A stretch of DNA of 64,000 nt from Desulfobacterales bacterium (GTDB taxonomy: Bacteria; Desulfobacterota; Desulfobacteria; Desulfobacterales; UBA5616): positions 65,281-129,280 of the forward strand of contig JAWODC010000076.1 of assembly GCA_046483495.1 (NCBI GenBank). Reading direction: 5' to 3'. Both the position numbers and the translations under genes were made by a program. Positions 22,217 through 30,634 of the stretch are shown here, in pieces (the first letter of the stretch is position 1; the number at the start of each line of letters is the position of its first letter). The notes under the pieces are model-generated. The model saw nothing but the letters and a program-made list of their open reading frames with translations, ran no database searches and was not told the DNA's origin.

Positions 22217-24373
22217 ATGCTGACCAAAATATTTCCATTCATCACCTGGTTTAAAGATTACGATGCTTCCAAATTCAAAATTGACTTTGTAGCCGGTCTC
22301 ACCGTTGCACTGGTGCTGATTCCCCAATCCATGGCGTATGCCCAATTGGCGGGCCTGCCCGCCTATTACGGACTTTACGCGGCGTTTCTGCCGCCCATGA
22401 TCGCTTCGCTGTTCGGTTCAAGCCGCCAGCTGGCGACGGGGCCGGTCGCCGTTGTGTCGTTGATGACCGCCGCCTCATTGGAACCCTTGGCTACAGCAGG
22501 CAGCAGTGCTTTTGTTGCATATGCCATTCTGCTGGCTTTGACCGTAGGTCTTTTCCAACTCGCGCTGGGCGTTCTGCGGCTGGGGTTGATCGTAAATTTC
22601 CTCTCTCATCCCGTTGTGAACGGGTTTACCAATGCAGCGGCGATTATCATCGCCTCATCGCAGTTGTCCAAATTGTTCGGCGTTTACGTGGACAAGGCGC
22701 CGCATCATTACGAAACCATTTTTCGAGTTGTCCGGTCCGCCCTGGAGTACACCCACTGGCCGACGCTGCTGCTCGGCAGTTTGGCCATCGCCATCATGTA
22801 CGGCTTGAAAAGGCTGAACCCGAGAATACCTTATGTATTAGTTGCCGTAGCCGTTACGACAATCATTTCGTGGGCAATCGGATTCGAACACAATGCCGAT
22901 ATTCCGCTCTCCAATATCGCCGATGCCGAGATAAGGCAAGAGATCGAGGTTTACAATCAAACCGTCAGAGAATTGAATCAATTGTCCGGCCGACGCACCG
23001 AATTATTTGCCGGCCTCGAACAGCTGACATCATCTCACGCCAACAGGCTCGAGGTCATGGAATTAGAGCACCAGATCCGCCGCATCGAGATTCAAATGGA
23101 CGAAAAAAAAGAAAAAGCGCATATTCTTCGTGAACAGTTGAGAAGCTACGAACTTCACAACAAGCGTCCTGAAGGCGAACCACCGGTACTGCTTCCCGTA
23201 GACAAAGCGGCACGAGATATGAATACCGATGGCCGCATATGGCATATCAAGATCGGCAACCGCGAAATCGATCCGGAGGCCATTTTCGTGTACGGCGGCG
23301 GTGATGTCGTCGGTGTTATTCCGAGTGGGCTGCCGGCCTTGTCCATCCCCCAGCTTCAAATCGGCATCATTATTAAACTGCTGCCCTTTGCCGTGATCAT
23401 CTCATTATTGGGCTTTATGGAGGCGATCGCCATTGCCAAGGCCATGGCCGCTAAAACCGGGCAGCGGCTGGATCCCAACCAGGAACTCATTGGACAGGGA
23501 CTTGCAAACATCATCGGCTCTGTCGGGAAAAGCTATCCGGTTTCCGGATCATTTTCCAGAAGTGCGGTCAACCTTCAATCCGGTGCGCTGACAGGAATGT
23601 CCAGCGTCATTACCAGCGTGGTGGTGGTCATTACCCTGTTATTTTTTACGCCGCTTCTTTACCATCTGCCCCAAGCGGTTCTCGCCGCCGTCATCATGAT
23701 GGCCGTCATCGGATTAGTCAATGTATCCGGCTTTATCCACGCATGGCGGGCCCAATGGTATGACGGTTTAATTTCCATTATCACATTTGTCGCCACCCTC
23801 ATGTTTGCCCCTCATCTCGAAAAAGGTATCTATATCGGTGTGGCCCTTTCCCTGGCGGTCTTTTTATTTAAAGTCATGCGCCCCAGGGTTTCTTCACTTT
23901 CCCGCCATGAAGACGAGGGGCTCCGTGCACACGACGCCCACGGCCTGATGAAATGTGAATACATCGACCTGATCCGATTTGACGGTCCGCTGTTTTTTGC
24001 CAACGCGAGCTATCTGGAAGATGAAATCAACGACCGCATCTTAAACCAAAAAAAGCTCAAACATATTATTATTGCGGCAAACGGCATTAATGATATAGAT
24101 GCATCCGGAGAAGAAGCCCTTTCTCTGATCATCGATCGCCTCAGGAGCGCCGGCTACGGCATTTCCTTCAGCGGAATCAATGAATCCGTTATGGAGGTCT
24201 TCAAACGGACGCACCTGCTGGAGAATATCGGACGCAACAATATCTATCCGACAATGGAAAAAGCCATTACATCGGTTCACGCCCAGGCCCACCAGGGGGC
24301 GACCGAACCGGTATGCCCCCTTTTGACAGTATGTCGAAATGTGGATTTAGCTTTAGCAAAAGGAGAAAATTGA
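22217..24373 (+). CDS. SulP/SLC26 anion transporter with STAS domain and a large internal insertion
   Basis: DFVAGLTVALVLIPQSMAYAQLAG, NQELIGQG and GSFSRS motifs; C-terminal DGPLFFAN..INDIDASG STAS domain. Confidence 0.94.
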   Translation: MLTKIFPFITWFKDYDASKFKIDFVAGLTVALVLIPQSMAYAQLAGLPAYYGLYAAFLPPMIASLFGSSRQLATGPVAVVSLMTAASLEPLATAGSSAFVAYAILLALTVGLFQLALGVLRLGLIVNFLSHPVVNGFTNAAAIIIASSQLSKLFGVYVDKAPHHYETIFRVVRSALEYTHWPTLLLGSLAIAIMYGLKRLNPRIPYVLVAVAVTTIISWAIGFEHNADIPLSNIADAEIRQEIEVYNQTVRELNQLSGRRTELFAGLEQLTSSHANRLEVMELEHQIRRIEIQMDEKKEKAHILREQLRSYELHNKRPEGEPPVLLPVDKAARDMNTDGRIWHIKIGNREIDPEAIFVYGGGDVVGVIPSGLPALSIPQLQIGIIIKLLPFAVIISLLGFMEAIAIAKAMAAKTGQRLDPNQELIGQGLANIIGSVGKSYPVSGSFSRSAVNLQSGALTGMSSVITSVVVVITLLFFTPLLYHLPQAVLAAVIMMAVIGLVNVSGFIHAWRAQWYDGLISIITFVATLMFAPHLEKGIYIGVALSLAVFLFKVMRPRVSSLSRHEDEGLRAHDAHGLMKCEYIDLIRFDGPLFFANASYLEDEINDRILNQKKLKHIIIAANGINDIDASGEEALSLIIDRLRSAGYGISFSGINESVMEVFKRTHLLENIGRNNIYPTMEKAITSVHAQAHQGATEPVCPLLTVCRNVDLALAKGEN

Positions 24374-24374
24374 T

Positions 24375-25601
24375 ATGTCTGCATTGACCGTATTCAGCGG
24401 AATTTACTGCCGCAAGGATGCCATCGTAAACATGGTGGCTGAAAAGACCGGAAACCGTGTCGTCAATGACTCGATTTTGGTGGAGAGGGCCGCCGAAATG
24501 TCCGGGATCGCTGAAAAAAAAATTCAGCGGGTGTTTTCGGACAAAGTGTCCGTTTTTAACAAATTCACCCACGAAAAGGAGCGTTCGGTGGCCTATCTTC
24601 GCCTGGCTACGGCAAAACTCCTATCCGCCGAAGAAGATCTTATCATCGACGGCTTTTGCGGTCATCTCGTGCCCAAAACCATTCATCACGTGCTTCGGGT
24701 GTGCCTGATTGCCGATATGAAAAACAGGGTGCCCCTCGCTGTTGCACAAGAGGGATGGGATGAAAAAGAGGCATTGAACGCTATCCACCAGGCCGATGCG
24801 TCCTGCATCGCTTGGGTGAATGACCTGTTCAAGCTGAAAGACCCCTGGCATCCGTCATTATACGACATCGTAATCCCGACGGATAAGATGAAGGATAAGG
24901 ACATCCTGGATTTGATTTATGACAACCTGAAGAGTGAAATAATCCAACCGACGATAAACTCGAAAAAAAATGTTCAGGATTTTATCCTGGCCGCCGAGGT
25001 GGAGGTGGAACTTGCCAAACACGGCCATACCGTCGGCGTGGAGGTCAGAGACGGTGCTGTCAGTTTGACGATCAACTCCAACGTTCTCATGTTGAAACGG
25101 CTCGAAGAGGAATTAAAATCTATCGTGGAGGGCATCGAGGGGGTCAAGTCCGTGGAAACGCGCATCGGCAAGGGGTTTTATCAAGCCGATATCTACCGGA
25201 AATACGATTTTGAAGTCCCCTCGAGGGTTCTTTTGGTGGATGATGAAAGAGAGTTTGTGCAAACCCTGAGCGAACGCCTTCTGATGCGGGATGTAGGGTC
25301 CGCCATCGCCTATGACGGTGAATCGGCGCTGAAAGTCGTCAGCGAAGAAGAGCCCGAAGTCATGATCCTCGACCTGAAAATGCCCGGAATCGACGGTATC
25401 GAGGTCTTGCAAAAAGTCAAGGCGAGTCATCCGGATATCGAAGTGATCATTTTGACCGGCCACGGAACGGAAGCCGACCGGGAAAAATGCATGGCGCTTG
25501 GTGCGTTTGCGTATCTAACCAAACCCATCAATATCGATCTGCTCAGTGAAACGTTAAGACGGGCAAATGAAAAAATCAGACAGAAGAAGCCGCTCAAATA
25601 G
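24375..25601 (+). CDS. Response regulator: cytidylate-kinase-like N-domain, BON-like domain, C-terminal receiver
   Basis: C-terminal LLVDDE..ILDLKMP..LTGHG..KP receiver is clear. The N-terminal VLRVCLIA...YDIVI pattern fits the cytidylate-kinase-like family. The BON call is tentative. Confidence 0.8.
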   Translation: MSALTVFSGIYCRKDAIVNMVAEKTGNRVVNDSILVERAAEMSGIAEKKIQRVFSDKVSVFNKFTHEKERSVAYLRLATAKLLSAEEDLIIDGFCGHLVPKTIHHVLRVCLIADMKNRVPLAVAQEGWDEKEALNAIHQADASCIAWVNDLFKLKDPWHPSLYDIVIPTDKMKDKDILDLIYDNLKSEIIQPTINSKKNVQDFILAAEVEVELAKHGHTVGVEVRDGAVSLTINSNVLMLKRLEEELKSIVEGIEGVKSVETRIGKGFYQADIYRKYDFEVPSRVLLVDDEREFVQTLSERLLMRDVGSAIAYDGESALKVVSEEEPEVMILDLKMPGIDGIEVLQKVKASHPDIEVIILTGHGTEADREKCMALGAFAYLTKPINIDLLSETLRRANEKIRQKKPLK

Positions 25602-25606
25602 GTCAA

Positions 25607-27373
25607 ATGCCGCCGATGTTTTCACGAGTAAAAGACATAAAACCTTCTGCTCAACATGAAGAAGAATTTTCCGCCTTACGGCAGACACTGAATTTCCGCC
25701 GCATATGGATGTTTTTCGTTCTGTTGACGACAGGGTTCGCCGTGGTCCCGGTGATTTTTTTCGCATTGATTGATTACAATTTGACAAAACATTCCGTGGA
25801 GTATGAAGCGGTTCTGCGAATGTCCCGGATCGTCTCTAACAGGTGGCGGTCGGTTTCCTTTTTCCTGAACCAAAGAAAATCCGCATTATCCTTTACTGTA
25901 TATGACAACTCCTACAAGGCGCTGCGGGACTCGACACGACTGAGTGAAATTTTGACCAACCTTCAGAAAGGATTCGGTGATTTCACCGACATCGGAGTGA
26001 TCAATGCAACCGGCCGTCAGGTTGCCTATGAAGGGCCCTACAGTCTGGAAGGAAAGGACTACAGTGGGCAGGATTGGTTCAAAAGGGTACTGCGTCAGGG
26101 CACCTATGTCAGTGACGTTTTCTTAGGATACCGAAATGTTCCCCATATGGCGATCGCAATCAAGCACACACTTCCGAACGAGTCATTTTACGTCCTGAGA
26201 GCCACCCTCGAGCACCAGTTCACGAGTGTTTTGCCCACGGCCGACAGAATGGGGGAAGGGGATATGTTTCTGGTCAATTCGCAAGGTCGGCTTCAAACGC
26301 CTTCACGTTATTTCGGTGATGTTTTCGAAGAACTCCCGTTTCCGGTACCGGAAGAAACTTCGCAAACCAATGTGGTGGAGCAGCTCGTCGACGACTCGGT
26401 AGCCATTATCAGTTATGCCTATATTCCCGACACGCCCTATATTCTGATGGCTGTTCAGCAAAAAGATACGCTCATGGCGCCCTGGCGTGAAACCCGGGTG
26501 GATCTGATCCGATACGTGGTGATCAGCATCACCGTGGTGTTTGTCTGGATATTGATTGCCATTTCCTACATGGTCAGACGTCTCATGCAATCGGATCAAC
26601 GGCGGATCAAATACCTTCACATGCTCGAGTACTCCAACAAAATGGCCACCATCGGTCGGCTCGCCGCCGGAATTGCACATGAAATCAATAATCCCCTTGC
26701 CATTATCAATGAAAAAGCCGGGCTGATAAAGGATCTCTTAACCTATAAGATGCAGTATGAAAAAGACCCGAAACTCATTTCACTGGTCGACTCGATCACC
26801 GTATCCGTTGAGCGCTGCAGCAGGATTACCCGGCGGCTGCTTCGGTTTGCACGGCATATCGACGTCAGCTTGCAATGCATCGACTTGAAGGAGGTTATTC
26901 AAGAGGTCCTCGGGTTTCTGGAGAAAGAGGCCGAGTATAGGTCCATAAAGGTGGAAATAAACGTATCGGAGAGTATTCCTAAATTCGAAACCGACAGGGG
27001 AAAGCTGCAGCAGATTTTGCTGAACCTTATTAACAACTCGTTTGCCGCCATGAGCGACGGCGGCAGGCTGGTAATTTCGGCGGTTCTCGAGAAAAGAAAT
27101 TACGTAAAGATTATCTGTGCCGACAACGGACATGGAATTTCCGAAGAAGATATGAAGCATGTTTTCGAACCGTTTTTTTCAACAAAGGCCAAGGCGGGAG
27201 GCGGAACCGGGTTGGGGCTTTCTATTACCTACAGTTTGGTAAAGGAGCTCGGAGGCGATATCGATCTGAAAAGTAAAGTCAACGAAGGAACCACCTTTAC
27301 CGTGACCCTGCCGCTGAGGCCGGCAAAAGAAATGAAAGGTTACGCCAATGAAGGTTTTACTGGTCGACGATGA
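25607..27373 (+). CDS. Membrane sensor histidine kinase with Cache-type periplasmic domain
   Basis: Two TM segments, H-box AAGIAHEINNPL, N-box NLINNS, DNGHGI, FEPFFSTK and GTGLGL. Confidence 0.95.
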   Translation: MPPMFSRVKDIKPSAQHEEEFSALRQTLNFRRIWMFFVLLTTGFAVVPVIFFALIDYNLTKHSVEYEAVLRMSRIVSNRWRSVSFFLNQRKSALSFTVYDNSYKALRDSTRLSEILTNLQKGFGDFTDIGVINATGRQVAYEGPYSLEGKDYSGQDWFKRVLRQGTYVSDVFLGYRNVPHMAIAIKHTLPNESFYVLRATLEHQFTSVLPTADRMGEGDMFLVNSQGRLQTPSRYFGDVFEELPFPVPEETSQTNVVEQLVDDSVAIISYAYIPDTPYILMAVQQKDTLMAPWRETRVDLIRYVVISITVVFVWILIAISYMVRRLMQSDQRRIKYLHMLEYSNKMATIGRLAAGIAHEINNPLAIINEKAGLIKDLLTYKMQYEKDPKLISLVDSITVSVERCSRITRRLLRFARHIDVSLQCIDLKEVIQEVLGFLEKEAEYRSIKVEINVSESIPKFETDRGKLQQILLNLINNSFAAMSDGGRLVISAVLEKRNYVKIICADNGHGISEEDMKHVFEPFFSTKAKAGGGTGLGLSITYSLVKELGGDIDLKSKVNEGTTFTVTLPLRPAKEMKGYANEGFTGRR

Positions 27374-27722
27374 GGTAGAACTCGTATCCACGCTGGCGGA
27401 ACGGCTGTCATTTCGTGGTATCGATGTAGATTATGCGACTACGGCTGACGCCGCCATTCAGCTGGCGGATCAAAATGCGTATGACATTGCGGTTCTGGAC
27501 GTTAAAATGCCACGGGTTCGGGGATTCGAAATCAAGAAAATCCTGGAGAAGAAACAACCCGGCATGCGGTTTCTGTTCATGACCGGGCACGGCTCCGAAC
27601 ACGACTTTCGAACCGGCATTGCAGAAACCGGAGAATCTTTTTACCTGGTTAAACCCGTGGCTATAGATGTTTTGATCGAACGTATGAAAGAGGCAATGGA
27701 AAAACAAGGAGATGCATCATGA
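27348..27722 (+). CDS. Single-domain response regulator
   Basis: LLVDDE, VLDVKMP, MTGHG and VKP motifs. Confidence 0.93.
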   Translation: MKVLLVDDEVELVSTLAERLSFRGIDVDYATTADAAIQLADQNAYDIAVLDVKMPRVRGFEIKKILEKKQPGMRFLFMTGHGSEHDFRTGIAETGESFYLVKPVAIDVLIERMKEAMEKQGDAS

Positions 27723-28366
27723 TAGAAGATGTAGATTTCTTGAGGAAAACCGGTTTGCAGTTCTTCGGCACGATGACCGCTTCCGTTTCCCACGAACTGA
27801 AAAACGTGTTGGCCATTTTGAACGAAAACGCCGGATTAATGCAGGACTTAACCCTAATGGCCCGAAAAGGAGCTTCGATTGATCTTGAACGGATAAATTC
27901 ACTTGCCGACCGGTTCTGCGCCCAGATAAATCGGGCCGATGACATTATAAAAAATTTAAATCGGTTTGCACATACTGTGGACCATGATAAAGTGGAAACG
28001 GATATATGTGACATGCTGCGGCTGACTGCGGTATTGGCAGGGCGATTCGCATCCATGAGAGGCGTTGCCGTGGAATCGGACCGCCTGCCGCCCTCCGTTA
28101 GTGCCGAGACAAATCCATTCTTTCTGATTCAACTGATTTGGCTCTGCCTCGATTATGCCATGGATGCCGCCGGAGAGCCGAAGCGGGTTGTTCTGGAATG
28201 CCGCCGAACAGATTCCAACGTCCAAATACTGTTTTTGGATCTACACGGCAATACGGAGACATCTGAAAAACCCCTCTTTTCGGACATGGGAAAACAGCTT
28301 TTACATCTGCTGCAGGCTGAAATAAAGCTTCAACCTGACATTCACGCGTTGGTGGTTACGATATAA
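27719..28366 (+). CDS. HisKA-containing protein with degenerate ATPase domain (probable phosphotransferase)
   Basis: H-box ASVSHELKNVLAIL is present. No recognisable DxGxG or GxGLG boxes, and no TM or sensor domain. Confidence 0.75.
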   Translation: MIEDVDFLRKTGLQFFGTMTASVSHELKNVLAILNENAGLMQDLTLMARKGASIDLERINSLADRFCAQINRADDIIKNLNRFAHTVDHDKVETDICDMLRLTAVLAGRFASMRGVAVESDRLPPSVSAETNPFFLIQLIWLCLDYAMDAAGEPKRVVLECRRTDSNVQILFLDLHGNTETSEKPLFSDMGKQLLHLLQAEIKLQPDIHALVVTI

Positions 28367-28468
28367 TCATTTCCGCAACATCCGGTACCGGTGCCCTTCC
28401 CCCCCACGGGTGAACCATAAAAACATCGAACGGATGTTTCATATTCGGCATCATGAAAGGAGCATGCC

Positions 28469-28897
28469 ATGACGGAAAAAATTCTCTTAATAGATGATGA
28501 AAAGGAATTTGTTGAAACATTGGCCCAAAGGATGGAAACACGGGGCATGAATGTCACCGCCACCGTGTCCCCCAAGGAGGCGCTTGACATTGTGGGCAGC
28601 GAGTCTTTTGACGCGGTGGTGCTGGACTTGCAGATGCCTGAAATGGACGGGCTGGAAGTCCTGAAAATTCTCAAGAAAACCCAACCCGACATTCAGATCA
28701 TTCTTCTCACGGGGCATGCCACCGTAAAAAAGGGAATCGAGGCCATGAAGCTGGGCGCCATGGACCTCCTCGAAAAGCCCGCCGACATCGCCACGTTGAC
28801 GGAAAAGATAAAGAAGGCCCAGGCGAAAAAGATGATCCTGGTGGAAAAAAGAACGGAAGAGAAAATAAAAGATATTATCACACGGAAAGCATGGTAG
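28469..28897 (+). CDS. Single-domain response regulator
   Basis: LLIDDE, VLDLQMP, LTGHA and EKP motifs with a short basic helical tail. AAGGAG RBS. Confidence 0.93.
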   Translation: MTEKILLIDDEKEFVETLAQRMETRGMNVTATVSPKEALDIVGSESFDAVVLDLQMPEMDGLEVLKILKKTQPDIQIILLTGHATVKKGIEAMKLGAMDLLEKPADIATLTEKIKKAQAKKMILVEKRTEEKIKDIITRKAW

Positions 28898-29025
28898 CCC
28901 CGTTCCATCTCCGAAGCAGACATTCAGCTCAAGGGCCGCCGCCCTGCAACCTTTCCTTATTCCGCCGACGGCACGACCCGGTTCGTCCCGCCGGACCTTT
29001 AACCGTTTTTAAAAGATCCGGCCCT

Positions 29026-30501
29026 TTACTGAAGAGCTTCCTCGAACATCTCACACCGGTCGAATTCTTTCCAGTATCGGATGGAAAGGGTTCGAATATG
29101 TTCGAAATAAGCCGGACTCAGCCCGCCGAATCGCTCCAGAGCCGCCTCGATATCGGAACGGATGCGATCTCCGTAGGCCTTCTTCAACCGTAAGGTCTGA
29201 CGGGAGCTACCGTGGATAAAAACCGCCTCGGGTTCGGGCCGATTTTCGGTAACACGAATAGCCCCCCTGCCCAAGCTGGCCCCCGTAGAGACCTGCAATC
29301 CGTCATTCAAGCAGCTCAAGGGCGGCTTCAATCCCGCGTGCGAAACAACGGTTAATGTGTCGAAGGGGGCCTCGAGCAGTTCTCTGGCACGAATTCCCAT
29401 CTTGGCCCCGACGATTGAATAGATTCCCAAGTGACGATGAAATTCATGGGTCAGCATACAGGCCTTCCATTCTTCCTCCCCATGAAACCGGATGATATCT
29501 TTCACGTGGCCGGCCAAATCGTTTCTAAAATCATCCGGGTTCATGGGAAACGTCTTCAAAACCACGCTGTTTCTGGCATCCAGATGAAAATCCGCCGGGT
29601 TGCCCAACAGTTTCAAATATGTTTTTTTTACGGCTTCGGCATCATATGCGGTCAGCCGCATACTGTTTGCAAATCGTTCATCCGGCGCAAACGAAAATGC
29701 ATCCGGCATGAAAAGCCCGACAATCGTCATTTCGTCCCATATCCGCATGTGCTGATGTGCTATCTTTTTTTGCACCGCATTGCCGGCATGAAGGGTTTGG
29801 ATGAGCCGGGCGGCGGAAGAATCCGCTTTGGAGATTGTATGATACCATGATTCGTCAAAAGGGAGAAATTGACAATCTTCCAAACCGAACGAATAGATGG
29901 ACATTCCCGAATCAAATACGATTTGGGCAGATGCCTCGTCACGCTCAGTGTTGAATCCGGGGCTTTCCGATTCGGGGCTCCCCCCCAGATACAAAACCCG
30001 GTAAATGCGATCCTTTATCCCGGGATTGGAATTCAAGGCCTCCGCAAGGTTGGTCATGGGTCCCAGGCAGATGTATAAAACTTGTGATCCGGCATTTTCT
30101 ATGGTCTCGGTGATGGCACTGACGACAGATACATCAGGCGGGGGATCATCGATGGCATCATCAACTTCGGGCCACATCATCTTTTTATTGATCTCCCGAA
30201 ACGGCGGCGCCTCCTTTTGCATGGCTATTCCCGAAACCACTTCAACTTGCGAGTTAAAGTAATTGAGCAACCGAATCATATTTTTCCGCCCGGACGCAGG
30301 ATCCAGAACCCCGTCTGATGTGACGATCACCCGTATATCCACCTCACCGGCGTTCATCAAGAGTGCCAGGGCACGAATATCATCAAAGGCCGCGTCCGTG
30401 TCCACAATAACCGGGATTTGAATGTCATGGGCCCAAACCGCCGGGATTGAAACCAATAAAGCAACAATCAACAAAGGTGTAAGTCGTTTCCGGACAAACA
30501 T
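29026..30501 (-). CDS. Exported nucleoside hydrolase-family domain fused to an FmdE-like domain
   Basis: Signal peptide ending VWA. DTDAAFDD (DxDxxxDD) and GPMTN motifs; C-terminal FHRHLG...SCLNDGLQVSTGASLGRG FmdE pattern. Start at MFVRK with AGGAG RBS. Confidence 0.82.
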   Translation of the reverse strand: MFVRKRLTPLLIVALLVSIPAVWAHDIQIPVIVDTDAAFDDIRALALLMNAGEVDIRVIVTSDGVLDPASGRKNMIRLLNYFNSQVEVVSGIAMQKEAPPFREINKKMMWPEVDDAIDDPPPDVSVVSAITETIENAGSQVLYICLGPMTNLAEALNSNPGIKDRIYRVLYLGGSPESESPGFNTERDEASAQIVFDSGMSIYSFGLEDCQFLPFDESWYHTISKADSSAARLIQTLHAGNAVQKKIAHQHMRIWDEMTIVGLFMPDAFSFAPDERFANSMRLTAYDAEAVKKTYLKLLGNPADFHLDARNSVVLKTFPMNPDDFRNDLAGHVKDIIRFHGEEEWKACMLTHEFHRHLGIYSIVGAKMGIRARELLEAPFDTLTVVSHAGLKPPLSCLNDGLQVSTGASLGRGAIRVTENRPEPEAVFIHGSSRQTLRLKKAYGDRIRSDIEAALERFGGLSPAYFEHIRTLSIRYWKEFDRCEMFEEALQ

Positions 30502-30634
30502 ACATTGACTCCTGTTCCTGATGAAGGTACCCGAATTCCACCGGCACATGCGTTGAAATTACGGCGCACACGTTATTTTTACCGGGCAGCGCAGTGCATT
30601 TATGTATTTGTTCAAAAAAAGTAGCGCATGGCTG

